Source: Squalus acanthias (lineage: Eukaryota). Taken from it: a stretch of 64,000 nucleotides of DNA. Position numbers and translations under genes: made by a program. The stretch is from positions 108,006,001 to 108,070,000 of the forward strand of contig CM059431.1 in the NCBI GenBank assembly GCA_030390025.1, written 5' to 3'. The notes beneath the pieces were generated by a model. That model ran no database searches. It worked only from the letters and a program-made list of their open reading frames with translations, and was not told where the DNA came from. Below, one piece after another: positions 1 through 13,089 of this stretch (position 1 is its first letter; each line of letters begins with the position of its first letter).

Positions 1-540
1 TAAGACTACATTTGGCAGCACCCTAGGCCAGGTGGGCACCTAAGCTGTGCCAGTCATGATGTGGGTGCCGCCCACACCTGTTAAAATGGGGTTATCTCCC
101 ATTGAGCCCCTGAACCACAGCTGGTTCAGCTCAGGAGGTCATCATTTGGCGCAATGCCGACATATTTACAGAACTGTGTCTGCACATTTTTGCGGCCCCA
201 CTGACTCTTTGATCACGGGTGATTGACAGCATCATCTTCAGAAAACCTTAAAGACTGGATGAAAATTCACCTGTTGGTTTTACTTCTGGCACAATAATCC
301 AAACTGTGAATGAAATGGAAATTCACATCAGCTACATACAACATCCCATGGCCACAGTGTGCACAAGAGACAAATCTGTTCAATCCCAAAGTCTGTTGCC
401 TATTGGGCTTTGTAGGAAACATTCTAACAGAGAGTATATTTACTTGTGGAATGATTCCAATTTTGATTGTTTTTTTAAGTTTGTGCAGTTTTAAAATCTT
501 GCATTTACCCTTTGGCTTGAGTGTGTATTTCAATTTACAT

Positions 541-897
541 AAGAACATAAGAAATAGGAGCAGGAATAGGCCACTTGGCCCCTGGAGCCTGCTCCACCAT
601 TCAATAAGATCATGGCTGATCTCGGGCTCAAAGCCACTTCCCTGCCCGCTCCCCATAACCCTTCACTCCCTTATCTTGCAAAAATCTCTCTATCTCTACC
701 TTAAATGTATTTAATGACCCAGCCTCCATGGCTCTCTGGGGCAGAGAATTCCACAGATTTACAACCCTCTGAGAGAAGAAATTCCTCCTCATCTCAGTTC
801 TAAAAGGGCGACCCTTTATTCTAAAACTATGCCCCCGAGTTCTAGATTTCCCCACGAGGGGAAACATCCTCTCTGCATCTACCGTGTCAAGCCCCTC
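541..897 (-). mobile_element. CR1-type LINE 3' fragment
   Basis: C-terminal peptide SRTRGHSFRIKGRPFRTEMRRNFFSQRVVNLWNSLP and 3' UTR ending ttcttatgttctt. Confidence 0.85.
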
Positions 898-1221
898 AGT
901 ATCTGTGAATTTGTGAATAAAATTGGCCAGCTGGTTTTATCCTGTATACATTGAACTAACAGCATGCTAATGGTCCATCGATCAGAAGGTCAGAAGAGCA
1001 TGGTGGGTATCCCATGTATTCTCCAGTGGTGATTATTTCTCAAATAGGGGGCTAATTCTTAAGCCTGGACATGCTAACTATGCATGGCTTATACAATGTT
1101 GAAGATTTTGGTTCAATAATGGAAACCACCTTTCAATTGGAGCCACAGTACAAAAGTGCCAGGAAGGAGTCTGAAATATATCATCTTCCAATTAAAGAAT
1201 AGGAATGTCTTTTAATTAAGA

Positions 1222-1548
1222 AAGACTTGCATTTATGTAGCACCTTTCATAACCTCAGGACATCCCAAAGCGCTTTACAGCCAATTAAGCACTATTGGAG
1301 TTTAATCACTGTAGTAATGTAGGAAACGCGGCAGCCAATTAAGCACAGCAAGCTCCCAAAAACAGCAATATGATAATGACCAGATAATCAGTTTTTAGTG
1401 ATGTTGATTGAGGGATAAATATTGGCCCAGGACACCGGGGATAACTCCCCTGCTCTTCTTCAAAATAGTGCCATGGGATCTTTTACATCCACCTGAGAGA
1501 GCAGATGGGGCCTCGGTTTAACGTCTCATCCAAAAGACGGCACCTCCA
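1222..1548 (-). mobile_element. tRNA-derived DeuSINE (SacSINE1-like), 5'-truncated
   Basis: Reverse complement of the SINE body seen full length at 43728-44199. Confidence 0.8.
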
Positions 1549-1699
1549 CAAAGATATTGAGCTGCTGTGGCTGGACGCAACAGCTGACCACCGACAAGGG
1601 GATTAAATTCCTCTTACCGACTTAATAACAACTTAATGGCGTGAATAAAAAGTGGAATTTCTCATTTGTAACCAAGTTGACCGGAATTTCATACGTCAT

Positions 1700-2100
1700 A
1701 TAGAATCATAGAATAGTACAGCACAGAAGGAGGCCATTCGGCCCATCGAGTCTGTGCCGGCTCTTTCGAAGCGCAATCCAGTTAGTCCCACTCCCCCTCT
1801 CTTTCCCCATATCCCTGCAATTTTTTCTCCTTCAAGTATTTATCCAATTCCCTTTTGAAGGCTACTATTGAATCTGTATCCACCACCCTATCATGCAGTG
1901 CATTCCAAATCCTAACCACTCGTTGTGTATAAAAGTGTTTCCTCATGTCGCCCCTGGTTCTTTTGCCAACCACCTTAAATGTGTGTCCTCTGACCCTTCA
2001 GCCACTGGACGCAGTTTCTCTTTATTTACTCTATCTGAACCCTTCATGATTATAAACACCTCTGCCAAATCTCCTCTTAACCGTCTCTGCTCGAAGGAAA
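1700..2100 (-). mobile_element. CR1-type LINE 3' fragment
   Basis: Peptide RTRGDMRKHFYTQRVVRIWNAL; ctatgattcta tail. Confidence 0.8.
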
Positions 2101-3207
2101 ACATGTGCCATAGTAATGGGAAAAGTTATTCTCTGATATGGAAAATAGTGTCATTCATAAGCAAGAATGAATTTTGCTCTTTGCATTATTTTAGTTGGAC
2201 AGATGCTTCCAAATTTCAGAAAATGTTAATTTGGGGGAAACTTGGGTGCTCCTGGGATGAACTCCAAATGACCCTGTTTGGATGACTTTGTCAGTTCAGT
2301 TCAGTTCAATGACCGTCTCTAGTTCAGATTGCCCTTGAAGTGCCTGCAGTGGGATGGTTGGGCTCTCTAGTTGTATCATCTGTAGCTGTAGTCTTCCGAA
2401 CTAACATTAGACCTGATTCACAGAGCTTTTGCTAATGTATTAAAAGCATTTTTGTGCAAATCGTCAGAGAACAAATTCATTTTGGCGTACAAACATTGGA
2501 AAAAAAAATCCTGAAAAATCGCAATTTTGCAATTCATAAAAATGAATTGTGAATTCAACCAATGCATCTGGGAAAATGAGCTGTAACAGATATACCATTA
2601 GGTTTTTATCATTTTCATTATCTGATGCCAGGAAGCGCTCCAGAGAGCAGCAGGTTGTCTTTAAGAATAATACTCCAGACTTTATATTATTTTTAGTTCA
2701 AAAAATTATATTTCCAAAAGGCAACAACATGAATTAAAATTGGGTCAGTGCTTCGACCAATTTGTGCCATTGTCTACGTTTCCTTGGCAAAATGATTACC
2801 TGAAGAGCAAGTAGCAATTTAGATAACGTCAATGATCACACAATTCAGATAATATCATACATGAAGCAACCACTGTTTTCTTCCTCTGCACATTGAGTTA
2901 CAAGGTAGACCGGGGTGGGACTGCAGCCAGTAAATGGTCTTTGTAAACCAGGATAGGGCCCAGAGCCTAGATTTACTGATCAGTCCTACAGCAAGTTGCA
3001 GCGTGCATGGGTCATACCTGCCCAGACCATAATTTACTAGTATTACATAGTATTTACGGCACCAAAACAGGCCATTCGGCCCAACAGGACAATCCGGTGT
3101 TTCTGCTACATTGAAATTAAGTTGCCCCTTCTCTGCAAGTTTGTTCTCGTCTTCTTGTGTTTTGTCGCAGTCTCCCCCAGTATTAACTATGCCCCCTCAA
3201 TTTCTTT

Positions 3208-3540
3208 ACATAGAATTTACAGCAAAGAAATAGGCCATTCGGCCCAACTGGTCTACTGTGTTTATGCTCCACATGAGGCTCCTCCCAACCCTCTTCATCT
3301 CACCCTATCAGCATATCCTTCTATTCCTTTTTCCATCATGTACTTATCTAGCTTCCCCTTAAATGCACCTATGCTAGTCGCGTCAACTACTCCCAGTGGT
3401 AGCGAGTTCCACATTCTCACCATTCTCTGGGTAAAGAAGTTTCTCCTGAATCCCTTATTGGATTTATTAGTGACTATCTTATATTTATGGCCCCTAGTTT
3501 TGGACTCCCCCTACAAGTGGAAACATCTTCTCTACGTCTA
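3208..3540 (-). mobile_element. CR1-type LINE 3' fragment
   Basis: Reverse complement of the subfamily at 20140-20646 (FRRNFFTQRMVRMWNSLP). Confidence 0.75.
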
Positions 3541-3759
3541 ATTTGGTGTCTTCCGCAAATTTTGATACTGTACTTCCAATTCCCGACTCCAAATCACTTA
3601 CAATCCGTAGAAACTTCCGGAGTCAACATAGCTTAAATATGAGGAGGTGATAAATGAAAAATGCCTCTCATTGAGCAGCTCACCCTTTGCAGGGTGAGGT
3701 GTCTCCGTGCTCCAGGACTTCAATGCTTGCAGCAGCTTAAAAGGGGCAGGCACGCAGGA

Positions 3760-3951
3760 AAGCAATCTCAACAAGGAGTGGAGTAGGCCCCGGAGCAGCC
3801 TGGTTCGCCCACGAAACCACTGAGATTTTACTTGAGGAAGGGCGAGAAGCGCTTTTGGGCAGGCTCCCAGGAGAATGGGAGGAGGTGGTGACCAGTGTCA
3901 ATGCCTCCTCACATGGAAGTAGTAGAAGAAAAGCTTCAATGACCTTAACAG
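3760..3951 (+). pseudogene. Old Myb/SANT-like (Harbinger second gene) remnant
   Basis: AAWFAHETTEILLEE...WEEVVTSVNA then, after a frameshift, KSFNDL followed by a GT donor; same pattern as the exon at 16262-16020. Confidence 0.5.
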
Positions 3952-4582
3952 GTATTGCTAAAGTAGGAGAACCTAACATGACCTCCGTTAATCCAGCGTA
4001 CTAAGCATGTATGGCATTTAGCAATTATCTCCCTTTCACACTGTCTTAAAATACAGTCCCCACCACATACATCAGGCACATCAGCATTAATGCGGATTGC
4101 CAGCTGTGACCTTCAAAGCTGTAAGTACAGCTGATACCGTCAAGGAGGTGACCCTTGTCACCTGCTGTAATTTGACATAGTACAGCGATTGCCTCCCATA
4201 GATACTGCTCTCTTCTGTTCACCCCACGTCTGATGTTCTGTCTCTCTAGATCCTCCCCCTCAGATACGGAGGTAGGCTTTTTGAATTTGTCCCGTTATTG
4301 CAGCTGTGAGCTGGATTCATGGGTAATGTGTGCACAGCTCTCTTAAGTGATCAGAAAATACAACACTGTCTGCTTCTTTCCCCCACAATCTTCTCCCCTT
4401 TTCTCTCCATCCTCCTTTGAAAGCAGTGGCTAATGTCAGAGCGTAGTTCCACAAGTGTAGATAAGCTTTCAGCATTTCCGACCATTCTTCACATCGCAAT
4501 CTGCCACAGTCTCGACAATATTTGGCCAGAGATGACATAAAGTCCAGTTGAGCCCAATTCTCCTCTCACACAACGTCAATAG

Positions 4583-4957
4583 AGTGTCAGCCGTGACTCA
4601 TTTGGTAGCACTCTTGCCTCGGAGACAGAGGTTTGTGGATTCAAATCCCACTCTAGAGACCTGAGCACAAAAATCCAGGTTGACACTCTAGTGCAGTACT
4701 GAGGAAGTGCTGCACTGTCGGAGGTGCCATCTTTCAGATGAGACGTTAAACTGAGGCCCCATCAGCTCTCTCAGGTGGACGTAAAAGATACCATGGCACT
4801 ATTTTGAAGAAGAGCAGGGGAGTTATCCCTGGTGTCGTGGCTAATATTAATCCCTCAATCAATATCACTAAAACAGATTATCTGGTCATTATCACATTGC
4901 TGTTTGTGGGAGCTTGCTGTGTTTAAATTGGCTGCTGCGTTTCCCACATTACAACAG
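4583..4957 (+). mobile_element. tRNA-derived DeuSINE (SacSINE1-like)
   Basis: gtgtcagccgtg head with A/B-box-like motifs and the same body as 43728-44199. Confidence 0.85.
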
Positions 4958-5404
4958 CACCCCTGATTGATTTTTCCCCCTCCCTAGCCAGGAAGTCCAT
5001 AGCAATCACTGTCATTCGAGTTGAGATCAACTAACTTAGTAAAGTCAAGGAATCAAACATGGTACCTTTCTGTTTCCAATGGCTCATTAATATATCAAGC
5101 ATTAAAATAGCCTCCTGATCTCACCGGGGGAGTTTAACACGATTCACTCCAGAGTGGGTTTAATTGCTGCTGTACTGGTTGGTTCACGAGCTTTTGTCTA
5201 TTGTTGTAAATCTATGTCAGAAACTGGTAACCACTGTCCACAATAGAAGACTGATTTGATGGTCATTAGCACTGCTGTCTTCACTTGTCATTGGAGGCAT
5301 GTCCACCAATCTCCTGCATTTAATGTGCTTGGGGTGATTAAATACTGGTCAATTTTCAGAGTAAAATGTTCATCTGGAGATTTGCACAACCTATTTGTTC
5401 AATG

Positions 5405-6307
5405 CCTCTATTTTAAATGGATTATTCCCAGAACAGAACCCAGATGTACGGGTTTCCCGGGGGTCCTGCCGAATTTAACGGGTGGCGGTGGAAGGATTGG
5501 AGGGGGGGTCATGGATAGATTGGGGGGGGGGGGGGGGAAGTGCCCGTGGATAGATCTGGGCGGGGCTCCATGGATAGATCGGGGGGTGGGGTTGAGGGAT
5601 GGGGGCGTGGCTACATCGAGGAGGGTGGTGGGTGGAGGAATCGGGGGGCCCACAGAGATCGGGGGAGGGCCGTGGATAGATTGGGGAGTGCCGGAGGGAT
5701 CAGGGCGGGCGGAGGGACCGGTGGGGGGGCCTTGGATAGATTGGGGGGGATATGGTGGGTGGAGAATCGGGGGGTCCACAGAGATTGGCGGAGGGCCATG
5801 GATAGATTGGGAAGTGCGGAGGGATCGGGGGGGGGGAGCAGAGGGATCGGGGAGGGGGTCGTGGATAGATCAGCCAGGGCGATCTATCCACGTTCGATTG
5901 CGTGGATTTGCAAACAGGTTTGCTTGGGATGCCGGGGAGAGGCACTTCTGCTCCTCCTGGCCTACGAGGAGTGCAGCAAAGGCACTTACCCGTTACATCT
6001 GGCCGTTCTCATCTCCCTGCAGCTGCCGGGTTTCCCGAGCCCTGAGAAACCTGACCCCCAGGTGTTAAATCTAAAACAGAGCTAAAATTTGAAGCACGCA
6101 GCGTCATTAGAATATTGAAATGATGGATCCACCTCTGGAGAGCAAGTTATTCATCTGCCCCCCAACCCACCTCCGTTAAAACCAGAAGTGGCCTGTGTTG
6201 GATGCAGGTTGGGGTCGTTTTTCCCACTTTTGAAGTTTTAATTTCCCCCCCCCCCCAACGCCCCTCTCCAGACTGTCCTGGGGGTTAAAATCCCGCCCCC
6301 CCCCCCC
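5405..6307. mobile_element. Non-autonomous DNA element with internal G-rich minisatellite
   Basis: Degenerate repeats ggatagattggggg/gagatcgggggg at 5500-5880; right end ggggttaaaatcccgccc resembles other local MITE termini; left end approximate. Confidence 0.5.
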
Positions 6308-7507
6308 CTATAATACAGGCTGCCATGCAGTAGGTATGCATCAGGACTGGGATTGTTTTCGCTCAACAGAATTGAATGTACGGTTCCAGCTACCCTTTCA
6401 TTATTCATACCAAACACTCCATTTACATGAAAGTCTTTAGCTAATGAACCATGAGGCTGAATGTTCCAAAGTACGAAACAGTGTAACATTAGGCACAAGG
6501 TAACCATGGCAAGGCGTAGTCATGAAAAGTTAGAAAATTAATGGTCCTCTCTATTATTAATCGGCGCATTACACTTTACTGCGTTAAGCTAATTAATTGC
6601 TTTTTGTAGGTTCAGAAACAATGGGTATTTCATTAATATCTTATTTGTCACCTCTGAAGAACATTATTTCACTACCTATTTGTCAAACCAGTTTTTAAAT
6701 ACTGGTCCCTTTTTGGAGCGTATGTGTTGGAGAGTGCGCCACTCACGGCTGAGAGGGATGTACGGTAATAGCATGTGACAATGCCATTCATTTTGGATAC
6801 CAGAGAATAATCCATATAATTTAATTCTGAGCTCTTGCTGCCAGACCTGTTGTGATGGCTCCAGTTACTTGATTGCTCAAATGTGTTGTGACATTTTACC
6901 GTACTGTTGCTGAATCGGGAGATTAGCTTCCAGTCCTTGATGTATTCATCTATCATTTGTCTATCTGTAATATATCATGTAAATGTCTGTCCCCTTTACC
7001 TTTAAATTATAATGCTATTCATGGTTGACTGAACAGCTGACTCTCAATGCTCCTCTATCATGCTAAAGCAATTAGGTGTACCGCACATTTTCCCTGGCTT
7101 GTGAAACTGTTTCTCTTATGTACACATTGCTGTAAACGCACCAAAAAGAGCATGAAAACAATTTAACTATACCGCTTTTTCTTTCTGATTCATACTTTCA
7201 GCTTGTTTCATTCTATGACATTTGATGTAGAACTTCCTAATCTGTTTCCTCTGGAGATATCGAAAATGAAATAACATTTACTTTCCAAGTTTTCCTAAAG
7301 GTCAGTACAACACCTGATCAAACAACGCTTGGGTAAAAATAGCAATGATGCCATCGTGTAGATGTATATGACGCTATGCATCTTTTAAATGCTCTATCAC
7401 TGCTCTGCATCTTCTATAGGTCTCTCTGTAATCTCTAATTCTCTGGGCTCATGGGTTTAACCTTTTGCTGCAGTAACTGAGAATATTCTGTCCACATCTG
7501 CTGTCAG

Positions 7508-9600
7508 AACATAAGAAAGAAGTAGGAGCAGGAGTAGGCCATACAGGCCCCTCGAGCCTGCTCCGCCATTCAAGAAGATCATGGCTGATCTTCGACCTCA
7601 ACTCCACTTTCTGCCCGATCTCCATATCCCTCGATTCCCTTGGAGTCCAAAAATCTATCTATCTCAGCCTTGAATATACTCAACGACTCAGTATCCACAG
7701 CCCTTGGGGTAGAGAATTCCAAAGATTCACAACCCTCTGAGTGAAGAAATTCCTAATCGCAGTCTTAAATGGCCGACCCCTTATCCTGAGACTATGCCCC
7801 TTAGTTCTAGACTCTCCAGCCAGGGGGAAACAACCTCTTAGCATCTGCCCTGTCAATCCCCCTCAGAATCTTATGTTTCAATCAGATCACCTCTGATTCT
7901 TCTAAACTCGAGAGTAGACGTCCAATCTACTCAATCTCTCATCATAGGACAACCCTCTCATCCCAGGAATCAATCTAGTGAACCTTCGTTGCACCGCCTC
8001 CAAGGCAAGTATATCCTTCTTTAGATAAGGAGACAAAAACTCTGCATAGTACTCCAGGTGTGGTCTCACCAAAGCCCTGTACAATTGTAGCAAGACTTCC
8101 TTACTCTTGCACTCCAACCCCCTTGCAATAAAGGCCAACATGCCATTTGCCTTCCTTATTGCTTGCTGTACCTGCATGCTAGCTTTCTGTGTTTTTTGCA
8201 CGAGGAAACTCAAATCTCTCTGAACCAACATTTAAAAGTTTCTCACCATTTAAAAAATATTCTGTTTTTCTATTCTTCCTACCAAAGTGAATAACCTCAC
8301 ATTTCCCCACATTATACTCCATCTGCCATCTTATTGTCCATTCACTTAACCTGTCTCTCTCCCTTTGCAGACTCTATGGGCTGGATTTTGTGAATGGAGA
8401 TGAGTTGGAGGCGGGACTGCTGCTTGTCGTGTCAATGTCCCGCCTGACCATTCAGAGGGATTTTCCCCTGATTGAGCTTGTTAAGCTCGCCCTGTGGGCT
8501 CAGCAAGCCAATCAGGGAAGAAGTCACTGACAGATCACGTCAACGTCAGACGTGCTATCTGTCAAGACTTCTTGAAAGAAGAAATGACAGCGTTTGACAG
8601 CTCCATGAAGCCGTCAAACACTGACATTCTCTTTAGTTTGATGAGTTTTTGTGGTGAGGACTCAACAAACATTGAAAATAAATACATTTCAGATGTCTGA
8701 TGGATCGAAGGGTCCATCAGCCATTACCTGAAATTGAGAAGGTGGATGTCCGCTCTCCCGATCCAGCACGACGTAAGGCTATAGAAGGAAAAAAAGGTAG
8801 GTGAACACTTTTTAAACTTATCACTCACCTTGCATACTTACCCCTCCACACTTGCACCCATCACTCACTTCTACACCTAACTTCCAGGCACCACTGACCA
8901 GCGCAGACCTCCTTCACGTCTCCTCCAACCCGGCGGGGTTCTCCGAGGTCGGGAAGCCTTCACCTGTGAAGGTAAAATGGCACTAATCCTTTTTTCTGCC
9001 TGTTAACTACCTGTTAACAGGCAGTTAAAAGGATTAAAAGCCTTTCCTGCCTCCAGGAGACGGGACCCGAAGCTGCACATCTTCCCACCTCCTGGCAAGC
9101 GGGCACGGAGGCGGGATGGGGGCGCGTTTGCCATCCGCCCCCACTTTCTCCGATTTTACGGGATGTCCCGCCTCCATGCTCCGCCTCCTCGGGGCTTGGA
9201 AAATCCAGCCCTTTGTGTCCTCCTCACAGCTTACTGTCCCACCTAGCTTTGTATTGTCAGCAAACTTGGATACATTACACTCGGTCCCTTCCTCTAAGTC
9301 ATTAATATAGACTGTAAATAGCTGAGGCCCAAGCACTGATCCTCGCAGCACATCGCTAGTTACAGCCGGTCAACCTAAAAATGACCTGTTTATCCCTACT
9401 CTCTGTTTTCTCTCCATCAACCAATCCTATTTGTCAAACATGATTTCCCTTTCATAAAACTTTGTTGACTCTGCCTAATTATATTATGCTATTCTAAAAT
9501 GGCATGTTAGCATTTCCTTAATAATGGATTCCAGCATTTTCCCGACGACTGATGTCTGGCTAACTGGCCTGTAGTTCCGTGTTTTCTCTCTCCTCCTTTC
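7508..9600 (-). mobile_element. CR1 LINE (RT C-terminal half plus 3' UTR) interrupted by a MITE
   Basis: GSVLGPQLFTVYINDLEEG...SKFADNTKLGG (9351-9212) and KANGMLAFIARGLE...RPHLEY (8231-7902). Confidence 0.9.
8378..9211. mobile_element. Harbinger-type MITE inserted in CR1
   Basis: TIR gggctggatttt / aaaatccagccc; flanks tat/ttt; CR1 sequence resumes exactly. Confidence 0.85.
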
Positions 9601-9724
9601 TTGAATAGCTTTTGCTCTATCTCTTTCTTCTCTTTCGCGCTGCCTCTTAAATAATTTTCACGTATCAAACAAGGGCTAAGAGATGTGATTAATTTAGACT
9701 CTCTTAACTTTGCATGGCTTATTG

Positions 9725-10148
9725 GATAGCACTATCACCTCTGACTCAGGAGGTTGTGGGTTCAAGTCCCACTCCAGAGACTTGAGCACAAAAATCCAGG
9801 CTGACACTCCCAGTGCAGTACTGAGGGAGTGCTGCACTGTCGGAGGTGCCGTCTTTCAGATGAGATGCTAAACCGAGGCCCCATCTGCTCTCTCAAGTGG
9901 ATGTAAAAAATCCCATGGCACTATTTCAAAGATGAGCAGGGGAGCTATCCCCTGTGTCTTGGTCAATATTTATCCCTCAACCAACATAACAAAAAAAAAC
10001 AGATTATCTGGTCATTATTACATTGCTGTTTGTGGGAGCTTGCTGTGCGCAAATTGGCTGCCACGTTTTCTACATTACAACAATAACTACACTTCAAAAG
10101 TACTTAATTGGCTCTAAAGCACTTTGGGACATCCTGAAATCTTTCTTT
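9725..10148 (+). mobile_element. DeuSINE (SacSINE1-like)
   Basis: Same body as 43728-44199. Confidence 0.85.
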
Positions 10149-11989
10149 CTATTTTCTGCTGAATGTTTCTTTGAACAATGAAATCAATGATTACAATGGC
10201 TTCAAGGAGTTACTGATACCGACAGTGTGAGGGAGTGGATGCCATTAGAAAGCAACAGAGGATACTTAAGTCTGAATGATGCATGTTCATTTAAGCTCCC
10301 TGGTACCCTTGAGCTGAGTAACTCATCAAAGCCAATTTCACCCAATGATGTCACAGGCAATCAATTTTCTAATCAGAAATACTAAAAACGAAGATGTTAA
10401 AGCTAATGAGGAATCTTTGTAGCCATTTCATTTCCCACGTCCTTCCTTCTAACAGGCATGGGCAATCGTGTCAATGCACTGGCACATCATCAGGTAGCCA
10501 TTTTGATTGATTACTCAAACAAGATGGACTAAATGGTGAAAACCATTGTCTACTCACTTTAGAAATGATACTCTACAAATCTTTTCAGCTGATGAAAGAG
10601 GGGTGACATTTTTTGTAGAATCATTTTGAAAACTTATGTTGGCAAATTGGTCTTTGCTTGAGAACACATGACCCACTGATATAAATCACAATGGAATACA
10701 TCATCATGTCAATTATGCTTGATGTTATTGTGGCAAAAATGCATATCTACCCAAACCACATTTCATGAAAATGGTGCCTCTTCTAAAGTTGTATATTTTT
10801 ATTCCTAATTTGCCCAAGTTTGCTCCTTTACCTTGCCTTAAAATAATGAGGGGTACTGGAATCAAATTCCTCATTTCAACAGTTACCACACCCAAATGGC
10901 CATTATTCTTAAGTGTAAAACTAAACAGTGAATGTCAGCAGAATATTTAACCATGACAAACTAGACTGTTATCACTTGATATCCACACACGTAAGTATTT
11001 CTGGTACACATCACTGGCGAGTGACCAGGAATGAGAATCCTCATTGCTTTTATTCCCTTTATTTTACCTGAAGTACTGGTATAGCTTTGACACCACCACC
11101 CCCAAGTATGTCAGCACAAATCAGGGATCAAACCTGGGGAATATCCTGATCTGTGTAGCTCAGTACCACACAATGCGCTTATCCCACTATGTCACTGAGG
11201 GTGCAGCCTGGAGTGTTCCTTTAACCTTTTAAGTATGAACGGCAATAATATTTGTTCTCATTCTTTGCTTTTCCTTCCGCACTGCTTGTTCATTTTAGCA
11301 ACTGAAGTCAACTGGGTCTCTGTAGACATTTACCCTGTGGCTGGGTAAAATGAAGTAGCAACATCAGTAATAGCTATGGTACTAAGCACAAGTCACTTAA
11401 GCTGTTGTATATAGTCGGGCGAGAGGAGGGGATGCAACCATCCAGAGTTATGTACCATAGCTAGTGAAAAGGCTGTCTGTGATTAAATTGCTTTCCGAGT
11501 CAGGTAGAATAATGATTAAACACTACGTCCAATTGCCAATTGTTTTACCATTTTCATTTCTGTCTCTTTCCCCTTTACTTCCAGCTCACTCTTTCATCAC
11601 TCGTTTCTGTTTCGCTAATCCCTCACTTCTGTCTACTTCTCCCTTTTGTATGAATGATACGTAGTCAGCTCCAAAAAAAAAACCTCTGTCAGAAACAGTT
11701 CAGCTGCTTTTGGAGTTCACATGGCAACAGTGCATCAGTTGACATATACCTCCAATGTCGCTACTCTTGCCTCCCATCAGGACCTGCCTCAGGAATCCAA
11801 ACTACTATGGACCTCAACTCAATCATTGGGCCCACCTCACTCAGCTGTAGCCTGGCGATAAGAACTGTAGGGATCAGTTAAGCCACAGAGTGAGGAATAG
11901 CTGAATCCCCTGGTCAATAAATACCAGCACATTGTGCCACCCAACTGCTAATAATCTTGCTTTTCTACCTATAGCAAATATTAAAGATG

Positions 11990-12127
11990 GAGTCTGACAA
12001 AAGGTCATCGACCTGAAACGTTAACTCGGTTTCTCTCTCCACAGATGCTGCCTGACCTGCTGAGTGTTGCCAGCATTTTCTGTTTTTAATTCAGTTCCAG
12101 CATCCGCAGTATTTTGCTTTTGTTTTT
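11990..12127 (+). mobile_element. Penelope-like terminal fragment with degenerate hammerhead ribozyme motif
   Basis: gagt-CTGAcaA-aaggtc-atc-gacct-GAAA-cgtt-a-actc followed by cacagatgctgcctgacctgctgag, homologous to the end of the Penelope at 53610-55515. Confidence 0.7.
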
Positions 12128-12154
12128 ATTAAAGATGGAATGCTTTTTTTCCTC

Positions 12155-12380
12155 ATTCATTCACAGGATGTGGGTGTCGCTGGCAAGGGCAGCATTTATT
12201 GCCCATCCCTAATTACCCTTGAGAAGTTGGAGGTGAGCCATCTTCTTTAATACAACTGAGTGGTACAGGGCAGTTAAGAGTCAACCACATTGCCGTGGGT
12301 CTGGAGTCACATATAGGCCAGAACGGGTAAGGATGGCAGATTTCCTTCCCTAAAGGTCATTCATGAACCAGATGGATTTT
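12155..12380 (-). mobile_element. Second SINE family, 3' fragment
   Basis: 3' ~90 nt match the tail of the LINE at 20647-21365; upstream body is different. Confidence 0.6.
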
Positions 12381-13089
12381 TAGGCACATTTCAAAATTCA
12401 AATAGTTACACGAAAACCACGAAGTAACACATACGCTTTTATATATCTATCCAAATTCAATGAAAGCAAATAACACTTAATCAAAATTCTCTAATCAGCA
12501 ATGTTTTAAAACTCATACAACACATAATCTAGCCTGACACTTAGGTGCAGCACTGAGGGAGTACTGCATTGTCAGAGGTATTGGGTTGGAGAAATTCGAG
12601 TGTAAAGCGCCACACGTTAGTTCCACAAGATGGCGCTAGAACAGCGTTCAGAGCTCTACCGCCAGCTAATGGGGGTCCCAGCGCTGCACGCCATATCCGC
12701 CTTGCCAGCAATGCTGCTGATAAACTCAATCGCCAGGGACATCGCAATCACGGAGATCATGGCGTCAGTGAGTGTGCAACGCTCACTTGACGCCCGATCT
12801 CCCAACTTTGTTTTGGCCACTGAACTTACCAGCTGGAGAAAGCAACGAAAGGTTGAGGTGCCGTGCAGCAGCAGAAATCCGGCTCGAGCAATGCTATTAT
12901 AAGGAATCCTCACCAATCACACGTACCTGACAGGGTTTTGAAGTTTGAGTGGCTGTGTGCTAATTCCTGCTACTGCAAGAGTTTTCTTCCATCATTTCAA
13001 GGTTATTTGGTATCAGGGAGTGTTCTGGCAAGTAAAAAACTCCCTCATTATTTTTGAAATGCTTCAAAGTACAACACTTGCTAAAAGTC

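Noticed and set aside
5256..6085. Long Gly-rich and Pro-rich ORFs (up to 270 aa)
   Set aside because: Open on several frames and both strands because of a G-rich minisatellite; no domain evidence
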